A stretch of 64,000 nt of DNA from Lama glama (Eukaryota): assembly GCA_028534125.1 (NCBI GenBank), contig CM052816.1:65288001-65352000 (forward strand). Reading direction: 5' to 3'. Under the pieces are notes generated by a model. That model saw nothing but the letters and a program-made list of their open reading frames with translations, did no database searches and was not told the DNA's origin. The position numbers were made by a program, and so were the translations under genes. This document shows positions 52,720 to 64,000 of the stretch, piece after piece; positions within the stretch are counted from its first letter, which is position 1, and each line of letters starts with the position of its first letter.

Positions 52720-55700
52720 TGTACCAATAAGAGCACCCAACAAAAGGATGTCAGTATAGAAGTGGCGTAAGGATAGAGGCCAGGGGACATCTACATACAA
52801 GATACAAGCAGGAGGAGAGCAGCCAGTGGTGGAATCTAAGGAGGAATCCCAACCTAGTGCTTTTTCAAGCAAAACAAAGGTTCTTCATTGTCTCCATTCG
52901 AAGCATGAATCCTGAACAAAGGATAGTTTGTCATCTTGGATGTATGAGAAGCCTTCTGCCATGATTTGCGTATCAGGAAAAGAGCACAGGATCTGTGGAC
53001 ATTTCACTGAGTCATGTATATGGTATTCTTAATTATCAGTATGAGAAAAGAGAAGGATAGCAGCTCCCAGGAGCTTTCTGTGTTACCTGGCAAGGAGGAT
53101 ATTTGTGGATTTTCATTCCCTGTGTGCTTATCAGATTGGAACACAAATGCTGTTCTATAGAGTTATTCCTTAAAGACCTATTGTTTACTGGTATAAGAAA
53201 AAGAATCAAAATTTCAGGTTAAAAAGTTATAGTTGAAGTTTAGTTACTTCACAGTCAGGCAAATGTGTCCTTTGCTTTTTATTAGTTCTATCTGTATGAG
53301 TAAGAGGGGAGAGGGCCGCCAAGTCAGGTTTGAAAGTCTTGGGAATCACTGGACGTAGAGGGGATAAACCGGATCTTGACATAGTCAGAAGAACCCAGTC
53401 CTGGCATCACGTTTTCTTTGTGTAAGAAACGAGTGTAGTATTGCTGGTTATTATTTACATAAAATATCACTTTGGAGTCTCCAAATAATTTTACTTTTAA
53501 AAATAGGTAAGAAATAACCAGTAAAGAGAGAAAAAAAGCACAGCTCTATTTGCTTCCATAAATATTATCACTCCTGGGCTAAAACTCTATTATCCACAGC
53601 CTTTCCAATCATGTTAAGTCACTATTGTCCCTACAATAAGAACATTTTTTGGCAGTCAAGGTTTCCTTCTGGTGCATATTAGCATTCTCCAGTCTACATC
53701 TTTCAATTTTTCTTCAAGGTGTGGGGAGAGAACTGATGTGATCAAATTTCCTGTAGTGTAATGGAAACAGACATGTTTGTGCACAGAACCTAGAGATGCC
53801 GAGAGGTAGAGTGAGGAGGCATTATCTGAACACTAAGATTTCACTGACATCACCAGGTCTGAATCCTGCTTCTCGAAATGTGATTGTGAACAAAATATCA
53901 AGGCTGTTTTGTATTAAATTACTTAATTTGTTTTATTTCAACAAATCCTTTTGACTTATTTAAGAGCATTTTGTTAGAAGTATTGGCATAAATCACTAGT
54001 TTTCAAAACCAGCCTGTAAAAAAATGTAAAAGTCATGATTCTTGATTATATCAACGTATGTTTTTCTGCTTATGTACTTTTATTAGTTTAGCCTAGAGAG
54101 ATATATGGGTCATCTCACTGATATTTTAAAGCCGATTCTCTCCTCTTTACTTCTGCAGTACATTGGATGAGCCATCTTTGTAGGTAGACATTGTCAAATA
54201 TTGGCAGTTCCACATGGTTCAATCTAATAGAATTTCATGTCCTTTCAGGCCTTGGAGAAGAGAACCCTCTTTGTATTTTCTTCCTCCTGATTTTTGGCTC
54301 AATCCAGGCTTTAGCATATTTGGAGTGGCAAATCCCACTCCTGCATCTGGTGAGCTGTGCAGTTTGCAGCTCTGACACTTTCTACACGGCTCAAACAACC
54401 ACAGCCCAAAATGTGAGTGTGGCCTTAAAAAAAGACTGTTCCCATGTGACCACCAGATTGCTTCACGATCTGCCCAGTCATTCCCTTGATGGTGTCATCC
54501 TTAAAAAATCTGTGTCATCTGGGTATAAAGAATGAAAAGAATGTTCTCTTGCTCTCTGTTTAAATTCTCAGAAATTTTCCTTCCAATCCACAAACTAGAG
54601 AATTGGGATTAGACTTTTTTAAGACTTGAGTCCATGTAGTATGTGTTTTCCCCCAAGAATATATATTCTATAGGCATGGGAAAGGATAGGCAATGAAGGA
54701 CAGGAGCAAGTGTAGTGTTTCAGCCCCGGATACCTTTGGCAAAGCAGAGTAGCTAGTTAGGCGTGACCACTTTGTTCTCAAGAATATTTGGGGATGGACA
54801 GACACAGTCTTCAAGTATTTCTTCACATCTGAGAGTTGTAGAGATAGAAGTGGTGAATAAAATCCCTTCCATTTGCATGGAGGGGACCCGGATTCTGTCA
54901 TTTCATATAAGTTAGAAGTTCTTTCTACTGACCTATACTAATATATAACAATATTCCCTATTGACATGACCTTCTTTTTCTCCTAACTTTGTTCACTAAC
55001 TGCTAGTAGTTGTTAACTTTGTTGCTATTTAAATGTTGCCCACTCCCTGAGATCAAACCCACTCAGCAAGCTTTCATTCATTATTAATGAAAAGAAGGAA
55101 TACTGTTTCATGTCCTACCCTTGAGCAAATGAGCAGAGAACGAGGCAGAACTAACTTTTATTGAATCATTGCTATGCCAGGTCCTTACAGTAGTTACTAT
55201 TTCAGCTTCCAAATTCTGTTTGCCAAAAATTATGATTTTAACTAATCAATTCAAGATTATAGAGTTAGTAAACAGCTTTTCCTCTCAAGAAAGTTGTTGA
55301 TTTATATGATAGAAACTTCATTTTCAAATTAAAAATGATTTCCTGCAGGGGAAGACTATACTGAGCTTTGTTTGGTTTTGTTCGGTTTTGTTCTGTGTTT
55401 TGCCACTCTTCTGTTGTAAATCCTTCAGTGGTTTCTCATTGCTTTAAGGATAACATTCAGTCCATAACATGGTCTGTACATTTCTCCACTATCTCCTATG
55501 CACCTCTGGTGTTTCATCTCTTGCCTTTTATCCCCATTACCTACAGGCTGGTTCTACTCCTTGTCCTTCCCTCACTTCCTTCCCATTGATGATTCCAGAG
55601 AGCACACCCATGATTGGAAAGGAGTGCGGGCTGGTGGGGGGCCGATGGTGGTGAGGAAATTAGGGACAGGGAGATCAGGTAGAAGCCTCGTTTGTTTCAG

Positions 55701-56097
55701 AGAAGAGCTCATGAATGGCGGTAGAGACAGAGCTAATGAATATGATGAAAAGACATTAAAATAAAGTAATAGGACTTGGTGAGAACGTGTTAGAAGTGAT
55801 CTGGGACAATGAATAATCAATGATGAGTCTTAGGTTTCTAGTTGGACCCTAAATGAATGTATGCGCATTTGACTAAGATGAGTAAGACAAAAGATGGAGC
55901 AGATTTGGGAGTGACGGTAAGGAAAGAAAGGTTGCTTTTTCTCCCTTGATGACGAATTTGAGTGTTCATGGATGTACACACATGTGTATGTGTGCATATG
56001 TGAATACCTGTGAATTTTTCTTCCAGTTCTATTCAAATACTAACATTGTACTGATTAAGCAATGTATGTGTTTTCAGCGTGGTACCCTTTACACCAT

Positions 56098-56625
56098 TTT
56101 ATTAGTTTTCTATTGCAGTGTAACAAATTACCACAAATTTAGCAACTTAAAACAACATACATTTAGTATCTCAGGGTTTCTGTGGTCAGGAGGCTGAGCT
56201 TGGCTTACCTGGGTCCTCAGTTCAGGATCTTGAAAGACCTAAGTCAAGGTGCCATTCAGGGCTGGAGTCCCATCAGCATCTTGGGTTCCCCTTTTAGGCT
56301 CATGTCGTTGTTGGTGGAATGTATTTTCTCATAATTGTAAAATTCATGAAACTTGCTTATTCAAGGCCAGAAGGAGAAAGAGTCTCTGATTTCTAGGCCC
56401 TTGTTTGAAGGGCTCACCTGCTTAGGACACTCCCACTCCAGGGTGATCTCCTGTTGGATTAATCTGAAGTTAACTTATTAAAGAAATTAATTCATCTGAA
56501 AATTCCTCCACCTTTGCCGTACACATTCCGCTGGTTGAAAGCAAGTTACAGATTTTGACCATTCTCAAGGGAGAGAATAGTGCAAGGGCTTGGATCACTG
56601 GGGATGATCTTAGAATTCTACCATG
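56098..56625 (-). mobile_element. MaLR MLT1 (E/F-like) solo LTR
   Basis: attagttttctattgcagtgtaacaaattaccacaaatttagcaacttaaaacaacatacatttagtatctcag..agcaagttacag..ctcaagggagag..atcttagaattctacca. Confidence 0.8.
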
Positions 56626-58059
56626 ATTGTGTTCTATGTTTAGGCTGTTATGTGTGAGTGTGAGTTTGTGTGTAGAGATAATGTTTCAAGTATCCAAAAA
56701 CAGGTGGCAACTACATACTTCTTGGCCTTCTTATTTGGGTTTTTTCCCCCCTGAAGTTTCTCCAGGGTCTTCTACTCCCATTGTTAGAAGTCTCTTCTGC
56801 TGTACTGTCCTGGCTTCACCTTTCTTAGACAAGAAGGCATTACATTTGGCTCTGAAGTGTACATTTCAATACACTCTCCCTGTCTTGGCAGCAATGGTGA
56901 GTGTGCTTTTAGTAAATCATCAGTGATCCAGAATGAGCTTCAGCAGTTTGGAATGAGGCCATGGCCCATATGTTTGATGCTACCAGCCTGATTTTTATAT
57001 GGAAACTATATCAATAAGATAATTAAATAGACCCTCTTTAAGCATACCTTATTACTTTTTATTGTATGTAATGTTCAGTCATTCTTGCAGTGGTGTGGAT
57101 AGATCTTAACCCCTTCCTTGTCCCACCTACACCAGCAAGGTTAAAAGAAAAGGTGTTGGTAATAAAATGATCACAGTGGACTTAATGTTTGAGTTCCTGT
57201 CAACATGTTGGGTGAACTTGGAATTAAAGGCATAGTTTTGTTTACATGTATTTATGTGTTCCATATGTCACACCATAAAAGAATAAGAGATAGCTTACAG
57301 GATAGATTTCAGGTTGATGTAACACAAGCAAAATATAATTGGAATGAAGCAAAGAAGAGAAAGCACAAGAGTCATTGTAGTTAATGCCATTGAACTTAAC
57401 TCTGACAGTCATAGTGAGCCAATATGGCAATTTAATTTGTTTTCATTAATGCAAAAAAAAAAAAAGAAAGAAATGTATCAGCTCCTTGGGGAAAACAATG
57501 TGTTTTGGGGTACTCAATTCTAACATTGTTTTCTCTATGCAGGACTTTGTGGGAAACTCTAAATAATATAATAGACCTTGTCCTAATAGCATGTTGGCAA
57601 CAAATTCAGATGCAATGACCATAAAATATTTCCCTATAACAGACTTTGTTGGAAGTTGAGGCTGAAACATTTAAGCTGAGCTAAGGGCAGATGAGTCAAG
57701 TGCTAAACTACAATGGTCTCAGTGGACAGTTCTGGTTATTAATTCTTGGATAAAACTCTTAGAATCAGAGGATTGGAGGGACATTTACACACTTTTGAGA
57801 TAATCATCCTGAAAGTCACTTCTCCTTGAAGCTTTCTCTAGCAATTGGAAAGATGATTTCAAATAAAACTCTTTGTAAGGACCTAGAATGTTCTATCACA
57901 CACTACTAATTGAGATCACGGAGTATTTATTCTTTGAACCTTAAACAAGCAGATGGTAAGTTCCATTTTCAATTGAAAATCATTGCATTAGGCCAGTTGC
58001 AAAACCACCTTCCCTTGCATTCAGTAAACATACCGGTAAAACTCTAACAAGTGTCTGTG

Positions 58060-58612
58060 ATACTTTTCAACAGCTTCCTGAAGCTCTCAGTATAAGAACC
58101 TAAATCTTTACCAGGGCATTCAAGAATCCACATGACATGACCCCTGCCTATGTCGACAGCTACATCTTGCATCATCCTTGACATTGCTCTGTGTGATTCA
58201 GCCACACTGACCTAACTTCAGCACCTGGGACCTATCACATCCCTCCCGCCTCAGGGACTCTGTGAAGAATGCTGTTTCCTCTCCACGAAGAACCCTTCCA
58301 TCTCCCACCCTCACTGCCTATTAACCCCTACACTGCCTTCAGAGCTCAGCTGAAATCTCACTTCTTCTGAGAACACGTTTCTGATTCCCCAAACATTGGA
58401 AGGTGGCAGGCCCTGGAATGTGGTCTCAAAGCTTACTTTAGTTTTGTTTCATTAATATTAGTAATTTATGAGACTTTTTGATTAATGCCTATCAGCCAGA
58501 CTATCAGCTCCAGGAAGGCAGGTTGCAGGCTTGTTTTGCTCACTCATCTATTGCCTGCCCAGAGCACAGTGAGTGAGCATAATGCACATTCAATAAAAAC
58601 TTTGCTGAAAGG
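58060..58612 (+). mobile_element. L2 LINE 3' region
   Basis: cagccacactgacct..ccctcccgcctcaggg..ccttcagagctcagctgaaatctcacttc..agctccaggaaggcagg..cattcaataaaaactttgctgaa. Confidence 0.75.
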
Positions 58613-59098
58613 ATAAATTACTGTTATTTATTGCCATGTTAATTACAGCTTTCATTAACCCTTACAGGCTTCCTCTCTTAGAAGCTGCAATTTCCACTGT
58701 ACAGAAATTGAGCGGTGTACAGAATATAGCAGTGGTTTCAGGGAGAATAGGGAAAGAGTTCGCTATTTCTTAAATGAAAATATGAATATATTGGAGCTAG
58801 ATTTTTATTTTCCAAAAAAGATGATCTTGTTTGGCCAGCATTGGAAACTATGCTGAATAAAGAAGAATATTTTGCTAAAATTACTCCATTGGAAAATGGA
58901 GCGTAGTAGGCTGTTGTTCCTAGAATATTGCCTTTATCAGTCACCACTGTCTTCTTTGAGCTTCATTAACCTGTGTTAGGACAGGCTAATATTACCAGTG
59001 GAGTTAGAGACTTCTGTAAATTGAACTGTAGCTAAAGAAGACAATTTTCTTTTTTCTGTCATGACAAATCAGTTGTGATGTTTTGTTTTCAGTCTGAC

Positions 59099-59536
59099 CA
59101 GTGGATCTCACAGCCTGATCCTAGGATGTTTTTAGGGTTTTCATGAGATCGTAAATACTCTTCTAATAATACCAACATGTCATTTGCCCTTTTCACTTTC
59201 CATGTTCTCAGTGGAGTTCACCTAGAAGCTACTTAATGTGACTCATGTGTTGCAACAGACTGAATACAGAAGCAGATATAAGAATCCAGCTGTCTTCATG
59301 CTAGACATCACAAAAATGGAAAAACATCACTCTCCTCAGTAATTTTTCTGGATTAAAACAATTATTTTTAGCAAAATGTGATTAGTTATTTTTTTAAATG
59401 AATTGTTAAATAAATATTTTAATGTCTCAGTTTTAGGTTTAATACACTAAGTATTTCACAGAAATAAAATTCTTTGGGTCTTCAATCATTTTAAGACTTA
59501 AAAATCTCCTGAGACCAAGATATTTGAGAACCACTT
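59099..59536. mobile_element. Non-autonomous hAT-Charlie DNA transposon (MER119/Charlie1-like)
   Basis: Terminal inverted repeats cagtggatctca (59099-59110) and tgagaaccact (59525-59535); internal aacagactgaatacagaagcagatataagaatccagctgtctt. Confidence 0.75.
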
Positions 59537-59929
59537 CTCTGAGCCATGTCATTAACACAATGTACCCACATTGACCTGACTTTGCAACCTGCTTATTTTT
59601 GGATAGCTTCCTCTTTCAAAGCCTTTTCTAAATGATTGATTGATTAATTGGTTTGAATAGGTCCTACAAGCCCATGAATAAAAACCTCTTCAGTATCAAA
59701 AGATATTCGTGAACAGTAAATTCCCCCATCTCTTCAGTCTTTTGATTTTCCAATACCCTTTCCAGGTGACTTCTATTCGTGGATTTCCTGACGAAGACCT
59801 TTGGTGTTCTTACCCAAATGCTAGGATCTAGTAGACCCCCATTCTGCTTCTTGCTTGTGTCCCTTAATAGTATAGCAAGGAGATTTATTCCTAACTGTGC
59901 ATGGAGATCTACCACATTACTTTTAATGG

Positions 59930-60380
59930 TTGACATGTAGTCTATTATATGGATGAGCTATAATTAATTTTATCAATCTATTGGTGGATATTTTGATTGC
60001 TTCCATCTTTTGCCATTACCCACAGTGTTCCAGTGACTAGCCTTTTACTTAATTATTTGTGCATATAAATTTATCTGTAGAATTAATATTTGGTGACAGA
60101 ATTTCTAAGTCAGAAGAAATGGATATTTTTAAATTTGATAGGTATCACCAAATTGTCCTTCAAAAAAGTTACACCAAATTTAGCCTCCTATTTGTACTTA
60201 TTCTCAGCATATAGAACAGTATAAAAAATTTAACATCGACAGATAAGTGAAAATCATACCTAATTTGTAGTTTTAATTTTTCTTTTTTTTATGAATGAGG
60301 TTTTTTTTTGTTTTGGGGTTTGTTTTTTTTTTTAGCTGAAGGGGAATGGAACAGTATGTACATCTCTTCTTTTTCAGTGA
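59930..60380 (-). mobile_element. Old L1 (L1ME-like) fragment
   Basis: tgtagtctattatatggatg..tggtggatattttgattgcttccatcttttgccattac..ccaaattgtccttcaaaaaagttacaccaa. Confidence 0.65.
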
Positions 60381-61669
60381 AGCTCATTTGTTTCTAAAAA
60401 TGTGTACTCCTTTCACATCTTGTCTTTGAACCACTGTCTGGTCCCAGCAGTGCACTCTTGAAGACCTTCTTCTCCAGCTTCAGTGGCCCCATCTCATGCT
60501 CCTTGCCTTGGACCTTTTTCTCTCTACATAACTTAATTAAGTCAGCTTCCTGTCTTATTCTCTGAAATCAGAAGAGTCCTTAGGATTCCAGATATAAGTG
60601 ACTCATGCCATCTAGTTTGATGTTCACTTGCAAATTCTCTTCAATAAGTGGAGTCAACCTTTACTTCTACTTTATGAATTCATATGTACTTAGGAGGAAC
60701 TTGAATTTTAAGACAGGGAAACACTGCTTACTTAGTCTCTACGGGAGAAATCATAATTAATGAAAGAACTGTGTCTGATAGAAAGCTTATTCTAATAAAT
60801 CATCCTAAAACCTCATTAGACATTGTGTATTCCCTGTGGACACTGTTGAAGAGACACTTGATTAAGCAGATCGTGACAACTTCAGTTTTGCCTGTCATCC
60901 CTGCTCCAGAGACTCCTCAAAATCAAGAAAGACTTTCAAAAGGAAGGAATGGCTGCTTATGTTTTAGATACTACTGATACTAGAGTTTTGCTGTATTTTC
61001 ATGTACTTTTGTATGTAAATTCACTTAAATGTTTGATACCTCCTTTATTCTGTTTTTTTTTTTTTTCCCTGTGATGAAATAAGCAATTTCTCCCTTGGTT
61101 CTGTTTATCCTAAGACATTTCTGGAATTTGGAGTAGATAAGAAAAAGCATTTCTTACCTGTAATGAAAATGCCATTATTCCTTTTATTAGAGTGTGATAT
61201 TGTGGATTCAACAATTATGCCTTAGCACCAAAGTGAAAATATTGCTTTAGATCAAGGAGGTGCTGGTGCAACCTTAAAGTATAGTCAGAGAGAATTTAGA
61301 CAATAAGATTGTCAGTAAACAAACAAATAAGAAGCAGTTAATACGAGTCCTGCCTGCTACAAATTTTTAAATTGGTTTTCTGGCAGAATACAGTTAACTG
61401 TCATTGCTTTGCTTTTTCCAGTGCTCTAAACAAATGGTACAAGTGATCAGGAAGACAGTGGAGACTGAAAGAAGAATTGTTGCTTTTTAATGTTCTTTCT
61501 TACTCATTACATGCTCCACAGTAAATTATTAGTAAATTACATTTTCATAGGATCTCAGTTACAAAGCGTATAAAGGACCTTAAAGGAATCCAGGTGATTT
61601 CACAGCACCAGAGACCACGTGTTGTATCTAGCAGCAGGCATGTGTCCTAATCTAATGACTTAGATTAGA

Positions 61670-61845
61670 CTTTCTGCACCACCCACTTACTAATGATGTG
61701 ACTTCAGTGTTCCTTTGTTTCTGGTTCTCAGTTTCCACATCTGGGATAACAAAGCTTACCTTGCAGTGGAGGATTAAAGCAGATAGTGCATGTGAAATCA
61801 CATGCATAAGTCAGCACTCATAAATAGTTCATCATCATTATTACT
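61670..61845. mobile_element. MIR SINE
   Basis: ccacttactaatgatgtgactt..ctcagtttccacatctgggataac..gaggattaaagcagata..agcactcataaatagt. Confidence 0.65.
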
Positions 61846-61925
61846 ATTTTAAGTGGCCGCCATCTGAATTTGGATATGAAAAAAAGTCAAATGACTAAAT
61901 TCATTTAAGAATATATGAATTTGAA

Positions 61926-62007
61926 AGGTAGAGGGTATAGCTTAGTGGGTAGAGTGCATGCTTTGCATGAACAAGGTCATGGGTTTGATTCCCAGTACCT
62001 CTGTTTA

Positions 62008-62039
<32 letters not shown>

Positions 62040-62083
62040 CCTAATTATCCCCCCAAAAAAGACCAAAAAATAAATTACATAAG
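61926..62083 (+). mobile_element. Camelid tRNA-derived SINE (vic-1-like) with a perfect 19-bp TSD and an internal (AAT)n
   Basis: gagggtatagcttagtgggtagagtgcatgctttgcatgaacaaggtcatgggtttgattcccagtacctc..aaacctaattatccccc; TSD AAGAATATATGAATTTGAA at 61907-61925 and 62084-62102. Confidence 0.92.
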
Positions 62084-64000
62084 AAGAATATATGAATTTG
62101 AATATAATTTAGACCTGACAATTTAGGTATCATTTATCTACCATGTTTCAAAATAAAATGTGATTTATAAAGCTTTAGTCAGAGCATTGTGGTAACATTT
62201 CTTTTGGATTTGGCATTTAGCCGCTGGGTGTTGGGGGAGAACCCAGCTTCTCCTGGGCTCCACAAAAGCCCATAGCAACTGTCCTGAATTAACCACGGAA
62301 AGAACCCTCAGTGGCACCTCTGCCTTTCAGTTAACAGGTTTTAGCTTAACTGGGATTTAATCCCCAGAGTCTTGATTGTACTTAGTGCCTTTAAATTACT
62401 GTGGTTATTTGCACTACATAGAAGAATCATCAAAATATATTTATCATTTACAAATAATTTAAAGATAGTTCTTAAACAATAAGATCACCTTCTTATGGGT
62501 AAATTCAGCTCGTTTTTCTGTTTTCTCTATTGGAGAATTCTATAAAAGAAAAATGTTTTGCACATAAATTGCTCCCTGAAGTTTTAAAGTCTACCTAGTT
62601 TGGGCATTGAGCATTCACTACCTCCATTTTAAATATATCTTACAAATCACCCCCAGAAAGACAGGCAGAGAATACGAGGCTATCTTACAGAAAGTCACAG
62701 CTCCCTGCCCTTTTCTGATAACAAAGTAGTTATTATTCCTTGCTGAGCTTCTCCCAGGGAGAGAGTGTGAGGTGACCTGGCATGGGACTTGTGAACTCCC
62801 AGACAACTCAATGGCAGTGTTTGCTGCTGCACTGGGCACTGCAGCAGCCTGTCAGCATCCTGCTCGGCTCTGAGCAGGGTCCACTGGAGAACCTAGCAGG
62901 AGTGAGGTCATGTATCAGCCTGTACCAGCAGGTCCTCCCTGAAGCCCCACATCTTTCCAGCCACACAAAGGAACAAGCCTGGCAGAGTGTGGCTGTAATC
63001 ATTATCCAAAGGGCACGCTCTGTGAGCATCTAAGGGGGAAAGGTACTGCCAATCTGTTGGGTTTGTTATTCCCATTGAGCTACGCAGGAAATAACAACCC
63101 CAGAAATAACACATTCAAACCCAGAGGGCAGTCTGCTGTCAGCATTCAGAGACTCACGTCACATGTTCTGTACATCTGCCCAGCGGTTTATGAAGCATGT
63201 TGAAATACCCCTTTGCATTCCAATTAATTGTCGGCCAGCATTGAATAATCACTGGTGAGAAGGTAGAAAGGCAAGTAAAATATGAAGTGGAGCGCTTTTA
63301 TTTTTAGAAAGGTACTACTTGAAAGTGTTGATTGATCAGACAGGTGTTTTTTAAAAAGCATTTGTCAGTATCAGATTCGTAGGAAATCTCTTTCACATGC
63401 AGGTTACAGCCAAAGAAGAAAAGAGTATATATAGCCTACACATTTTACAATTTCAATTGCAGAAAGTCGTATTTTTGGACTCGTGTGGGCATTTGAAAAT
63501 ATTAAAGATGCTACCAGGTCTGATGAAAGTTTTTAATGCTGTAAGGTTTCAGACTCCCAGTGAACCATCATTTAGCATCTTCGCTGTCCCTGGGCTTCAT
63601 CTGGGACATCTGAGGAGAGTTTGTGTGCACATCCCACCGCAGCCCACGGCTGCCCTACTGGAACCACAAGGTTGTTGAACAAAAATCAAATCCTTTTCTG
63701 AAGAGCCTCCAAGAGGAGGATATTTCCGTTCATTTCAGCTCCCTGCCAGCTCAAAAGAATTCTCCTGCACTGTGTGCTCTTCCCATGAATACTTCCCGCG
63801 GAGCACCACTCAGTGACTCACCGTTCCAGGGAGCCCGTCGGGGCTTTTCAGCTGCATCATCCCTTCCATCTCTGAAGTTCTCTTGGATTTCATCAATGGC
63901 ACAGAGGGATATTTTTAAAACAATGTATTTTTCAGGACTGACAAAAGGCATCCTCTAGTTACAATACCGACTCTATCTCAAACATAAGTTATGTTGGGGG

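Overview
Mammalian genomic DNA, almost certainly camelid (two vic-1-type tRNA-derived SINEs and camelid-type L1 3' ends). The window lies inside the large PDE4D locus on the + strand. The only host exon seen is the CpG-island first coding exon of the long isoform PDE4D4 (ATG at 36705), which runs into a 500-N gap. The rest is AT-rich intron full of L1, L2, MIR, CR1, MaLR LTR and hAT repeats. The most notable feature is an intronless SET (TAF-I alpha type) retrocopy on the - strand. It has a fully open 291-codon ORF, a 3'UTR, a poly(A) signal, a poly(A) remnant and a perfect 17-bp target-site duplication (TSD), and it splits an older MLT1 LTR. A splice-acceptor-like sequence sits 1 nt before its ATG, and the PDE4D4 CpG island is about 30 kb upstream on that strand, so it is a candidate expressed retrogene (inference, not shown). 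Other L1-mediated products are a 140-bp polyadenylated insert of non-repeat sequence with a perfect 14-bp TSD, a poly(A)-only insertion, and a young 139-bp L1 tail. I found no evidence for a wholly new biological system. Repeat family names come from recalled consensus sequences, not a search, and old-repeat boundaries are approximate.
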